Positions 37,950-50,104 of a stretch of 64,000 nucleotides of DNA are shown in pieces. The notes below the pieces were generated by a model. It saw only the letters and a list, made by a program, of their open reading frames with translations. It had not been told where the DNA came from and made no database searches. A program made the position numbers and the translations under genes. The stretch's first letter is position 1; every line of letters begins with the position of its first letter. This stretch comes from Camelus ferus (lineage: Eukaryota), in the NCBI RefSeq assembly GCF_009834535.1, contig NC_045697.1, positions 25,112,001 to 25,176,000 of the forward strand. The letters are read 5' to 3'.

Positions 37950-39965
37950 TTTTTTTAAGGTACACAGATTCCCTATATACTCTCTCTACCCCCTCCCACC
38001 CCACACACAGCCTCCCTCAGCATCAATATCCTGCATCAGAGTGGTGCATTTATTATAAAGCAATGACCCTGCATTGATACATCATTATCCCCCAAAGTCC
38101 ACAATTTACCTTAGGTTTTTTCACTTGGTGTTGTACATTCTATAGATTTTGTCAAATATATAAAGACATATATCCACCTTTGCAGCAACATATAAATTAG
38201 TTTCACTACCCTGAAAATCCATGCTTTATGTATTTATTCTTCCCACCCCTAACCCTGGCAACCACTGATCTTTGTCTCCATAGATTTGTTCTTTCCAGAA
38301 TGTCATATAGTTGGAATTATATAGGAAGTAGACTTTTCAGACTGACTTTTTTACTTGTTAATATGTATTTATGGTTCCTTCATGTCTATTCATGGCATGA
38401 CAGCTCATTAATTTTTAGCGCTCAATAATATTCCACTGTCTGGATGTAACAGTTTACTTATCTGTTCACCTGCTGAAGGACATCTTGGTTGCTTCTCGGT
38501 TTCAGCAATTATGAATAAACCTGCTATAAAATTATGTGCATGTTTTTTACTTCCTTTGGGTAAATACCAAGGAGTGCAGTTACTGGATCATTTGGTAAGA
38601 TTATGCTTAGTTTTCTAAGAAACTTCCAAACTCTTTTCCAAAGTGACTGTACAGTTTTACATTCCCATCAGCAATGACTGAATGTTTTTGTTAAACCATA
38701 TTCTTACCAGCATTTGGTGTTGTCAGTGTTTTGGGTTTTGGCCATTCTAATAGATGTGGTATCTCATTGTTTTGATTTGCAATTCCCTAATAACATATGA
38801 TGTTGAGCATCTTTGCATATGCTTGTCATCTATATATCTTCTTGGTAAAGAGTCAGTTCAGATATTTTGCCCATTTTAAACTAAGTTGCTTGTTTTTTTA
38901 TTGAGTTTTAAGAATATTTTTGTACATTTTAGGTAACTATTCTTTATCAGATATGTGTTTTGCAAATATTTTCTCCAAGTCTGTGACTTGGAATGTAGAT
39001 TTGCATTGTACTCTTAGGCCTATGATCCATTTTGAGTTAATTTTTGTACATGGTGTGAAGTCTATGTCTAGATGCTTTTTTTTTTTGCATGTGGAACTAG
39101 TCAATTGATCTAGCACCATTTGTTAAAGAGATTATCTTTGCTCCATTGTATTACCTTTGCTTCTTTGACAAAGATCAGTTGACTGTATTTATGTGGGGCT
39201 ACTTCTGGGTTCTCTACTGTGTTCCTGTAGTAAGTCTTGACGTTGAGCAGTGTCAGTCTGCAACTTTGTTCTTGTTTAATATTGTGTTGGCTATTCTGGG
39301 TCTTTTGTCTCTGCACATAAACTTTAGACTCAGTTTGTAAATTTCCAGAAAATAATTTTCTGGGATTTTGATTTGGATTGTGTTTAACCTGTAGGTCAAG
39401 TTGGGGAGAACTGATATTGACAATATTGAATCTTCCTGTTTATGAACATGCACTGTTTCCTCATGGATTGATTTCTTCTTCAAATCCTTTTGTAAGAATG
39501 GTGTATTTTCTTCATGTGTATCTTAATTGCAAATTACATTTATTCATTCCTGGTATATAGTAAGGTATATAGCAATTGATTTTTGTTTATTACTGTTATA
39601 TCCTGCAACCTTACTACAGTTACTTATGCCTTTCAGGAGTTTTTGTTGTTGTTGAGTTTTATCAGAGTCTCTACATAGATAATCATGTCATCTGTGAACA
39701 AAGACAGTAAGACAGTGTGTTTTTTCTTTCCAAATCTCTACATTTTTACTTCTTTTTCTTGTATTAGTTGTAACTTTTAACACAGTGTTGAAATAGGAGT
39801 GGTAAGGGGAAACTTTCTTGCCTTTTTCCTAATTTTAGTGTAGGAAACTTTGAGTTTCTCACTATGAAGTATGCTACGTTTAAGATTTTGTAGATGTTTT
39901 GTTATCAAGTTGATTTTGTCCCCTCTATTCCTAGTTTTCTGGCAGTTTTTATTATGAATGAGTAA
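37950..39965 (-). mobile_element. LINE-1 3' portion (L1MC1-like)
   Basis: 'cagcctccctcagcatcaatatcctgcatcagagtggtgcattt…cccaaagtccac…' is an L1MC1-type 3'UTR; ORFs 39110-39316 and 39253-39483 translate L1 ORF2-like peptides. Confidence 0.92.
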
Positions 39966-40089
39966 TGGAACCTCTCTCCCACCAAATTTAACTTTATAAG
40001 TAATAATCTTATTTAATAGGTTACTTCACTACATGCTAATGCAACTTCTATTTTGTGCAAATAATGCAGAAGCAGCATTATTTTAAACT

Positions 40090-40150
40090 AAATCTATCAT
40101 GAATTTGTTAGTGGGATTTTATGAAATGTTGGCTAATATCTACCTTAACA
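40090..40150 (-). pseudogene. Exon relic, DH CR2-like
   Basis: aatacag|LR*ILANIS…QIH resembles the DH motif IF.NI..I..H. Confidence 0.35.
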
Positions 40151-40169
40151 CTGTATTAGGGTAAAGTAC

Positions 40170-40639
40170 TGTGGGAAATAGAATCCAAAGATATCCATGT
40201 CCTAACCCCTGGAGCTTTGAATATGGTACTTTATATGGCAAGATTTTTCACATGTGATAAAAGTTAAAGATTTTGCAATGGTAAGATTATCTTGAATTAG
40301 CTGGGTGAGCCTAATGTAATCACTGACGTACTAATAAGAAGGATGCAGGACAGTCAGAATTGGAGTAGAAGATGTAAAAACAGAAACAAAGGATGCAAGT
40401 ACTAAATTTCTGCCTTTGACGATAGAGGAAGGGAAGGGGATATGAACCAATGAATCCATGTGGCCTGTGGAAGTTAGAAAAGGCAAGGAAACAGATTCTC
40501 CCCTACAGACTCCAGAAGGAATGCACAATTGCTACTGTTTTGGCCTTTAGACCAACAGAATTGTAACACAATAAATTTGTGTTCTTTAAGTCATTAGGTT
40601 TGTGGCAATGTGTCACGGCAGGAATAGGAAATTTAAACA
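40170..40639 (+). mobile_element. MaLR solo LTR (MLT1D-like)
   Basis: 'caaagatatccatgtcctaacccctgga…cctaatgtaatcac…aaaaggcaaggaaacagattctcccctacagactccagaaggaatgca…ataaatttgtgtt'. Confidence 0.9.
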
Positions 40640-40700
40640 ACCACTTTTCATTATATTACTATAAAATTAATTTGGAAAAACCAACTAGTTATTTGTTTGC

Positions 40701-40821
40701 CTTATAGAACATTTACATAATTTAAAGCAAATCCTGGCTATTTTTTAAGTTCATCACAAATAATTCCTTTTTATTTAAAGAAATGCCTTCTTTTTTAGCC
40801 ATCTGTACTTATTAGGCTTCT
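40701..40821 (-). pseudogene. Exon relic, DH N-terminal CR1-like
   Basis: ttttgtacag|KPNKYRWLKKKAFL*IKRNY…DELKK/IAR resembles R..I..E.L.TE..YV..L. Confidence 0.45.
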
Positions 40822-41020
40822 CTGTACAAAATTAAGCCTTAATATTACATGGCTGCATTCAACAAGTTGAATAGACCAGCTGCTCCACTAGGTTTGCCAG
40901 GAAGTACATTTTAATTACATTCAACTCAATATTTATCAAAAGTCTGTCCAGCTGAGAAAATACGTGAAACTGTTGGGGGAAAAAAAAAACAATTTATTCC
41001 CACTTGTGCTAAAAAGATAC

Positions 41021-41223
41021 CAAGATTCAGTCATATCAGCTGGTATTTGGGTTCTTATAATAATATAGCTTTTTTCTTCCCGATTCCAGTCATCCTTTTC
41101 ATTGCCTCGTAAGTAATTGTCCTTGTTTAATAAAGGCTCTGTTGAGTCATCCTGAATGATGTTAGATCCTGATGGATCAGTTGTTTCTTTTATATTTTGT
41201 GGATGTTTTAGACATGAGAGTTC
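41021..41223 (-). pseudogene. Exon with still-open 67-codon frame upstream of the DH-like exons
   Basis: ag|ELSCLKHPQNIKETTDPSGSNIIQDDSTEPLLNKDNYLRGNEKDDWNREEKSYIIIRTQIPADMTES-TG|gtatct; no stop over 203 nt of AT-rich DNA; weak acceptor. Confidence 0.5.
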
Positions 41224-42221
41224 CTTTTTGAGTAATCATTTAAAAGCTTTAGAAAAAGCTTGCATTTAATTTGTGGTAAGAAACAACATCTAATTTTGAA
41301 ATAGTCATTTTATCCTCATTATTAAATCTCAGTTATACTCAACCCTGTTTTTATATCTTATAAATTATTTTAATTTATTAATTTTAATCACATTTTATGA
41401 ACTCTTTTATAAGCCATATTGAAATATTTAGGGGCATAAATAACTAATTAATTACTCAAGTTAAATTAGTGAAAATACACAATCTCTAACCTACATTTTT
41501 AAATACTGGCTGTAATAATGAGAAAATACTAGGATTAATTTGTATAGGAAAAATTTTCCAGCATGAGAATTGAGTTAGGGTTATACTGTCATTTTTCTTA
41601 ATGTAAGCATTACTTATTATAATTTCCTTTCAGTTTTTTTTTAATAGCTTCATGATTTTTCTTGATTTCCTGATGTTCACAGACAGTTGAATGAGCGATT
41701 TCTTTTGGAAACTTACTGACTCCATTAATTGTTATTTTATAATTTGATTTTGCATGTTATATTTTACTGAATCATTTTTCTTTCAAAATAAAATTTGAGT
41801 TCATGAAGACAAAAGCTCTCTCTATTTACTTCACTTTTTTATTTTACTCTCTCATTATGACTTTCTTGCTTACATTTTTGTTGCTTTCTCTGGAGGTTAG
41901 CACACTTAATAAGCCAGGTGAGAACAGAATCTGCTCTAAACATTCTCAATGTAAAAGACTTAATATAGGAATTAAAAATTTGATGGCTCTTAGAAAAGCT
42001 GACGGTAGAGTAAAAATCAAAAGAGTGTCTGAAAAGATAAAAAGTTGCCAGCTAAGATCAAGGAAGCTCATATTGAAGATCTCCCTTGAAATAACAATCT
42101 CAAAATCACACTGAAAACTGTTCAGAATCTCACTATAATTCAACTAGTGCCCTAACTTGAATACAAGATAGTTGTAGCTGTGAATTTGATTTGTATCCTG
42201 ATTTATCCACATGGAGGATCA

Positions 42222-42690
42222 AACTTTAGGGTTTCTGCTCAGCAATCTCAACCAATAAGAAGTGTGTGTGTCTGTGTGTGTCTGTGTGTGTGTCTGTTAT
42301 GGGGAGAAGAGAGACAGATAGGGAGAGAGGATGCGAGGGAGAGAGTAAGAAGTTATTTTTTAAAATTGGTTCATGCAATTGTGGAGGCTTGATAAGTCCA
42401 AAATGTGCAGGATGGGTCAGTAGACTGGAGATGCAGGAAGACTTGAACTTTGAGTCCAAAGGCAGTGTGCTGGCAGAATTTCTTCCTTCTCAGAAGAAAG
42501 TCTTTGTTCTATTAAGGTCTTCAATTCATTGGATGTACCCCACTTGCATTATGGAGGTCACTCGATTTCCTCGAAGTCCACCAATACAACTGCTAATATC
42601 ATCCAAAAATATCACCTTCACAGAAACATCCAGAACAATCTTTGATCAAATATCTGGGCATTATAGCCCAGCCAAGTTGACACAGCCATA
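42222..42690 (-). mobile_element. ERVL solo LTR (MLT2B/D-like) with internal TG/GA microsatellite
   Basis: 'ttagggtttctgctcag…accaataagaagtgtgtg…tattttttaaaattggttcatgcaattgtggaggc…agcccagccaagttgacaca'. Confidence 0.88.
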
Positions 42691-44522
42691 CTACAAGTTT
42701 TCAGTTTCTCTTTTTATTTCTTGTTCTCAGAACTTAAAGCCACGAGCTTAATGCTTTATAATCCAATTTTTTCCAGTGTAGTCAGGTGTCATCTCATATT
42801 ATAACCTCTTTTATTTTCATCCATAAGATTGTATTATTGCTTCAGTGTGGCATCTCAGATCTCATCCTTCTTTAGTCCCTTGAATACATGCAAATAGAAT
42901 TTATGTAACTAACTTGGCCCTTGCCTACCAGGGTCTCATTTAATATTAGTAATGGGATCATCGCTATCTTCAGTTCTAATCAGATCAAATAGCTTATTCT
43001 AGATCCCCATGTTTAAGGTTCTGTTCTTTGAGACCACTTTCATTAACACAAATTTAGTTAAATGGAGGCCAGTTAATCTAGTCCGAGTATAGAAGATTTA
43101 ATATAGGCATTATGGACTTATATAATATTTGAAGATTGGATAGTGAAGGGCAGGGATGCAGGTGCTGGAATTCAGAGAAGCTAGATCTGAAGATCTGATC
43201 CTACAAAACTAAAGAGAGTAGTTTTCACGTTCTCCCTACAAAGCTATTGCAGTCTGCAGGAATCAGTACACAACTAAACAGGAAATGTGTCTTGAGGAAA
43301 CATAAATGCAAGACTCTCTTCTGCAATTCAGAGGAGACCTTTGAAAGGAATGTCAGTGATGCCAAGTTTATAACAGAAACACATATAAATGTCTAATATG
43401 TGGGAGGAAATCAGTAAATATGTACGTAGTTAAATTGATTAGTTTCATTACTGCAGGTGCTATGATGCAACATTTAAAACCATCTGGTTTGCTCTATAAA
43501 ATGGAACAGCCTACTAATTATGTCTGCTATGATACACATAGCCAAAATATCACCATCTCGTTCAATGATCATGGAATATGGTATTTGTCAACACAAATTA
43601 TTTTGTTAATAGTGCTACTCTTAGAGTAAAGATCTGTGTTTGATACTTGGTGTAATGTATTTCTCAGAGAACCTAGTTTTCTTTCAAGGGGAACCCTCCT
43701 ACCAAAATGTCTGGTACCTAAGAAATCTCACTAGATGTATCATTTAAAGTCAAATAGCCATGTGAAAGTATCTACCTAGCAAATGACCCATTTCTTTAGA
43801 ACAAATTGACCAATTCAAAAGAAATACAGCAAAATTCTACAGTGCAAGATGTTACGTGCAACCCTGGAAAGTTTATCTTCCTGACTGGTTTTATTGTTCC
43901 TGCCACAAGCTCTTATGCTAAAGCTGAAAACTCTAAAAGAGCAGTAGTCTCTTTGTATATTTTGGTATAGGGCCTTGTATTCTCCCCTGCAATTTCAGAT
44001 GCCAGTTCGGAAGAATAGGGACAATGCCAATGAGTCTGATTTGAGTCTGTTTGGCCTGCCTGAGGGATTGACCTTGAAAAGAGATCCTGAGGCTAAGCAG
44101 AAGGCATAAATCACCAAGTGATGTTCCAGAAGGCCAAACTGAGAGAGAAAGGGCACAATCTGAGATGGAAGTCACAGGCTAAACCAGAGGCCCAGGGTTA
44201 GCAAAGTATGTATGCAGAAATAGAACTGAAAGCAACAGGACAGTTGAAAATACAGAGGTGTCTGTACAGTAGGTTAGAAATGAGGAGAAATTGCCTATCA
44301 GGGCAAAACTTGCCGAGGCTCCAACTCTGGCAGTGGTATTTAATTGATTAAACTTAGTTGGCCTTGAGATTACAGTCTCTCAATACCCATTTCAGAACCT
44401 ATATATATTAAGAAAAGCAAGGCCCTTGAGCAGTTCTTTCCAGAAGGATATAGTATGTTTTTTCTAAGCCATGTTGTCTCCTTCAGCAACGAATTCTCAA
44501 ATTCAGCTCCATGTAAGGGAAC

Positions 44523-44617
44523 CCTCCCTCCCTCACTCCCTCCTTTCTCTCTTCTTTCTTTCTTTCCTTCATTCTTTCCTTCCTCCCTTCCTTCCCCCTG
44601 CCCTCCCTCTCTTTCCC
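44523..44617. repeat. CT-rich low-complexity tract
   Basis: (CCTT/CTTT)-like imperfect repeats. Confidence 0.85.
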
Positions 44618-44789
44618 TAGCTTCATTTGATCATTTCCCCTTTAGCCCATTAGCCCAGCATGTGAATGTAATGAGTAAGTTCTAAGCTTATCAGCTAGTG
44701 CCTGAGACAAAGCACATTAGTTTTTGGAAATCAAGTCTTTCCTCTGATCAGAATTTTTTAGTGTTTTCCCATGTTGTTAAAATGCTTTC

Positions 44790-45345
44790 CAGATTCCTAG
44801 AAAATCTTAGCACGTCCATCATGGTCCAACATAATCTTGCCATTGCCCATGTCCAGAACGTAATTTTCCGCCACTGGCTCTGTTAATATACTCCAGCCAC
44901 ACCAGCTTGCTTCCTCTTCCTCAAACATGCCAGGCTCATTACTGTCTCAGCACTTGGCGTTTGCTGCTTTCTCTGTGTGGAATTAATGCCCTTGGAACTG
45001 ACCATGTCTGACTTTGCATAATCATTCAGATCTCAGCTCAAATAGACAATTTTCAGAGTCTCTTCCTGATGCTTAAATCCTGCCTTTACCCAGTCATTTC
45101 CTCTGCATCAATTCCCTGTTCTGTTTCTCTGCCACAATTCATATCTGAAATTATCTCAATTATTTGTTTAGCATTGATGATCACTTCATCTCTTTTAAGT
45201 GTCAGAGATGCAGTTTGTTTCCTTCGGTGCTGTCCTGGCGCCTGGGTCAGGTTCCTAGAGCAAGTTTGTTTTTGTATTTGGAGGTGTGGTTATCCACATA
45301 TACACGGAATAAATACAGGTTTAATTAATTCATTAAATCTCTGTA
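44790..45345 (+). mobile_element. L2 LINE 3' fragment
   Basis: 'actccagccacaccagcttgcttcctcttcctcaaacatgccaggctc…tcagatctcagctcaaat'. Confidence 0.75.
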
Positions 45346-46094
45346 TCTTAACTCTTTTCACATAAAACTGCAGACCCACTAGAAACTCTTATCATCTGCC
45401 AAAAATCTCCCTAAGATTCCTGAAGCCACCCAAAGGAGACATGCTGTCTAACCAAAACCAGTGTGCTCGCTTCTGAGTGCAGCAAGAAGAAACCCAGGAC
45501 CTAGGTACTTCTTCCAACCGATGCTGCTCCTTTAATATAGAACTCTCGGAGCTGCTGTAGGCTGCAGATGCTCAGATTGCTTAGCAAATCTCCATTCTTG
45601 TCCTTCTCCTGGTAAATGCTTCCAGTTTCCCAAATCTGGCCGGCCCATAGCCCTTTGTTAACTAAGCCAGCTCCTCGACTCGTAACCACTGGTGTTTCTC
45701 TCCCAAAGGCCACTTCTCATTTCCCTGAAAAGCACCCTCTGATCTCTGTGGGATCCTTTCTCTTCAGTTGCTTGTTTCCCTAATATCTTTGACCCGAAAG
45801 TGGACACAGAACTGCCTGTTAATTAATGGCTCACGATGACAATGGCTTGCACCTTCAGCAGTACTTTAAGTCAGGGGTGACCAAAGGGAAACAGGCAAAC
45901 AGAGAGACACATTACAAATGCTATTAGATGGAGCTTCTCTAATAGCCTGTGGACCCACAGACCCACTGCTGATCTGTCAGCCAAGGAAGATGCCTCCCTG
46001 ACCGTTCCCAAGACCTCACTATGTGACCACAACTAGCTTACTGTCTCTTCACAGAAGTAGCTTCGAATATGCCTGGGAAATGTGTGGATCAAAC

Positions 46095-46660
46095 TTTTTT
46101 GTTAAACAATTTTGCTGAAGTATAATTGAAATGCAACGAACAACGCATTTAAAGCATACAATTTGGTGAGTTTGACATATCTAGACTCCCATGAAACCAT
46201 CAGTATCATCAGTATTTCTTTGACTCATGAGTTATTTAAAAGTCTATTTTAGCTTTAGGTATTTGGGGATTTCTTAGTTACTGTTCTATTATTGATTTCT
46301 GATTTAATTCTGTTGTGGTCAGAGAATATGTATGACTTGAATCATCTTAAGTTTTTTGAGACTTATGGCCCATATATACTTTATTTTGGTAAATTTTCCA
46401 CATGATCTTGAAAATATGAATTGTATAGTTGATAATATCTTTTAAGTATTCTGTATGCCTAACAATTTTTTATAAGAGATGGAAAATTCTACTGTAATTG
46501 TGAAAATTGCATGTTCGTGGCATTTATCTCTTTAAAAAGCACTATATTTGGTAATAATTTTACTTTAAATTACTATATTTTGGTGACTATGTGCTGTTAC
46601 AATTTTTTTAAAAACATTGCTCATTCTTGTTTTACTTATTCTATTAAACATTTGCCTTTG
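46095..46660 (-). mobile_element. LINE-1 fragments (L1MB-like 3' tip plus ORF2 piece)
   Basis: 'tgaagtataattgaaatgcaac…tttaaagcatacaatttggtgagtttgaca' and 'gatttctgatttaattctgttgtggtcagagaata'. Confidence 0.7.
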
Positions 46661-46819
46661 ACAGTATTTTCACTGATTTGTTTTAAAAATTGATGTCGTT
46701 TGGCATGACATAAAAATTATGTAAAATGTAAATCTTTTGTAATAGAGGGATCTTAAGGAGAGAAGAATTATGTACAATGATCGAGTTCCTTTCATGAAGA
46801 CATCACTATAAAGCTGTTC

Positions 46820-47005
46820 GGCCTCCATTTAAGTCTAGTTTCTCACTATAAGCACTATCTGATGTTTTGCATATGTCTCTTAGCCTGTTTCTCCAATGTA
46901 AAATTAAGATAATGATGTTTATTTCAAAAATGTATAAGGATTAAACTAGAGATTACTCATAACTTTCTTGTCATACTGGGAACATCAACCTATGGCAGCT
47001 CTTCT
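46820..47005 (+). mobile_element. MIR fragment
   Basis: 'tctcttagcctgtttctccaatgtaaaattaagataat…aaggattaaa'. Confidence 0.6.
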
Positions 47006-50000
47006 ATTGCTCAAATTTTGTTGTTCTTACACATCAAGAAATCACAAAGTAGTTCATCTCCTGGTAAAAAAAAGAGGTGAAATAGTTTCTTCTTTTCCTC
47101 TGAACTTCTTTTCACATTCTGTGATTATAGCATTTCAAATGAAATAGACATTGGGTGAAACTGAACATATATACACATTTGCACGCAGGCACAATAGTGT
47201 AACATAAATTTCCAATATATTTATCCAAGTTTACAGGATCTTATTGAAAGGAGGAGACCATAAAAGTAGAAGAGACTGCGTGTGACAGAATATATAGCAA
47301 GTAGGTTAGCAGCCAGATGCTGGTGGCATTATATGAACAAGGTAAATACAGTACATTGGCAGAGTTTAATTATTGACATAATACTGCATTTTTATGTCAA
47401 AACTTACATTATCTTTCCAGAAGAATTTCCAGTGTCAATCTGTACTTCCTTTTGAGAGAATGCTAATAAATACTTTGTTCTAAGAAACACCCTGTCACAT
47501 TCTCTGCTGAAGGAAGGAAGGACAATTAGTGGTATTGTGATTTTGACACTATCTCAGCCTTCATATTCCTCTCTTTCTGGAAAAGCTTATCCTCATAATA
47601 AATGATACATGAAGTTCTATTTTATTATGCCTTTAATTATTTCCTTGTGTTATCCTATCACTTAGATTTGAAGTACCTATATGGAAAAAGGTTTTATTTC
47701 TTTCACTGGATTCAGTAAATATTTGTATGATTTTTAATGGTTTTACTTTCAAGTGAACTTTCATTGCAAATTATATTTATCAAAAGAGACTTCCAAGTGT
47801 AAATATATTGAGATTAACATAATTAAATGTATTATACCTATAAACATTAAAACTAGATAGTTTAAATATGAAATGATCAGAGGCTTAAATGTTCAGAATT
47901 CACTCTTTTACATAATACATTTCATTTATTTTTTTATCTACACAATTCCCTTAATACACAAATTAAATATGTGAATATCAAATGTGGTTCAATATCTATA
48001 AGAGCACTTTATCATTCTTGTTGGATATCTTTTGATTTTAATATTTTTGATACTTCATATCTTCACCTACTATATGGATTATACAATTTTAATAGAATTC
48101 TACTTTGGCAGAATCAAAACTGGAGAGATTTTGATAACATATAACCTATAAATTTCAGAGAGTAATTATGGTGAATAATGAAATTATCTATCAAAATCCA
48201 AAACCTTAAGTGCTAAGAGAAGATGTCATTGGCCAGATTGTTAAATATCCAGAAAGTTTACTCAAATGACAGTTGAGTTCCTTTACAAAAACACTATTTT
48301 ATTATGCCATCATCAATTTTGCTTATATAAATCTCTGGATTACGTTTGTTCTTGAATTGTATTGTTACCACAAATGAGCATTGATATTCCTGGTTAGTAC
48401 AGGAAAACATGAAGAATGATTGGAAGTTAAAATTATTTTCATATTCTCAGAAGCACATGAAAACAGGAAAAATAACTGGTTCAGAATTGTCTATTATGCA
48501 GATTATAATTTCACAGTTGTTTCTCACATCAATTACATCATGCCTGCTAATAAAAAAAAATAATTCTAGCATAACTCGAACAGTGACTGAGCTGCCAAAA
48601 ATATCACTGCCAGTGAATTAAATCATGTTGTTTACAATAATTTGCTGACTTTTAATATGAAAAAAGTACTTTGTGGAACTAATGCTGATGCTAATTCTGC
48701 ATTTTTATGCTCTGAAATGACAATGATATAATGAAAAATGAAATCTCATCTTAGTGTGCATTTTGGATGCAAAGCACACAGATATTACAAAAGACATCTT
48801 GATTGAAATCTGTTCAAAAGTAAAGTTTTTAGAAAAACTAAATACTCCTTCTTAACTATATGCCTGTGAACCTCTACACTATCAATTCTGTGTGGGAGGG
48901 GGGTGGAGCTTGTAATAAGTGGTACAAAAAGAAATATTTAATTTTATGGCTATATACTGAAATGCATGTGCAAATTTTAATTAAGACACTAACAATAAAA
49001 TGTGAAGCTTAATTTTACAAGGTAAATCTAATACTGTGATTTCTAGCATTTTAGCAATAATAGCATTTGTTCTCGATTATTTAGTAACTAGTTGTTAATT
49101 TAGTTGATTTTGTAGCTCTTTGACCCATGTTATCAATCCTTTTGGGTACTCTTTAGCATATGAAAAGCATGGAATGAAAGAACACCAAACTTAAATTATC
49201 TAAGATTATTGTTGTCATTATTGTTATTTTCACTTGTTAACAATTCTATCATTATGCTTAGTGAGAAAGCTGAATAGAATGAGATTTGCAAAAAACCTGC
49301 CAACTAAAAATTAGCATGTTCACAAATGTCAAAGGAAATCAAGACCAGAATTATCTTCATTCTAAACTGTTGTCTAAAAAGAAATGGTAAGAATCAGATT
49401 TAAAAAAAAATTCAAAATAGTGAGATGTTCCAACTAAAATTGTTTCCTTATATTTCTGGTCATCCGTCCATTAGAAAACTTAGATATTTCTAAGTAAATG
49501 TTCATGGATTTCTCAGATATAGATTTATAATTACTTTTCAGAATGGATTAACCACTTGCCTGGACTTTACACTTTGTCCAAAACTTAAATATTTCTTAAG
49601 AATACAGTTAAAGATCAAATTCTTTAACTTGTAAAGATCCTTCCTTAAATTCTCTATTATTTTATTTCATTCATTCAACAATCTTAAGTAGAAAATGAAT
49701 AACTTAATTTCTCAGATAGATGTTGTTTGGTTATCTCTTTGTTTTGAAATTATCTAAGCCCAATGTGTAAAAAATTAGATGAGTTAATAAAGCCATAAAT
49801 ATTTTAAGATTTAGAACATGCATGATATCCAATAGTGAATTACTTTTCGTTAATTATATACTGTCCATTTGAATCTGCTTTACTTAATAAACATGTTTAG
49901 TTTATTCAAAATAAAACCAAGGAATTCCAGAGAAATTTTCTTAATATTCTTGTTCTAGTCTCAGCTTTTAACAGGTTACTCAATCATGTGCCAATGAGAA

Positions 50001-50104
50001 TGGTCTTTCTTTGTGCCTTTGCTTCCACCTAAGTATAGATTGTCATTCAATGCAAGGCTAATGATAGAGCCTTGCAGTTAGGATTTTTTAAGTAACTTGC
50101 GCCA

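Larger units (their letters stand above)
7697..41223 (-). pseudogene. Putative multi-exon unitary pseudogene of a RhoGEF-like protein (DH-PH-C2-PX order), heavily decayed
   Basis: About 15 minus-strand segments in the non-repeat gaps, most bounded by polypyrimidine-AG and GT donors, many with compatible phases. Their translations give DH-, PH-, C2- and PX-like motifs in colinear order. Multiple in-frame stops, frameshifts and two TE insertions inside exons. Domain assignment is by eye only. Confidence 0.6.

Noticed and set aside
42266..42751. 161-aa ORF
   Set aside because: Entirely within an MLT2 LTR and microsatellite.
50094..50104. tggcgc after the poly(A) on the minus strand as a PBS
   Set aside because: Follows a 3' LTR preceded by a PPT, and the tRNA match does not extend.
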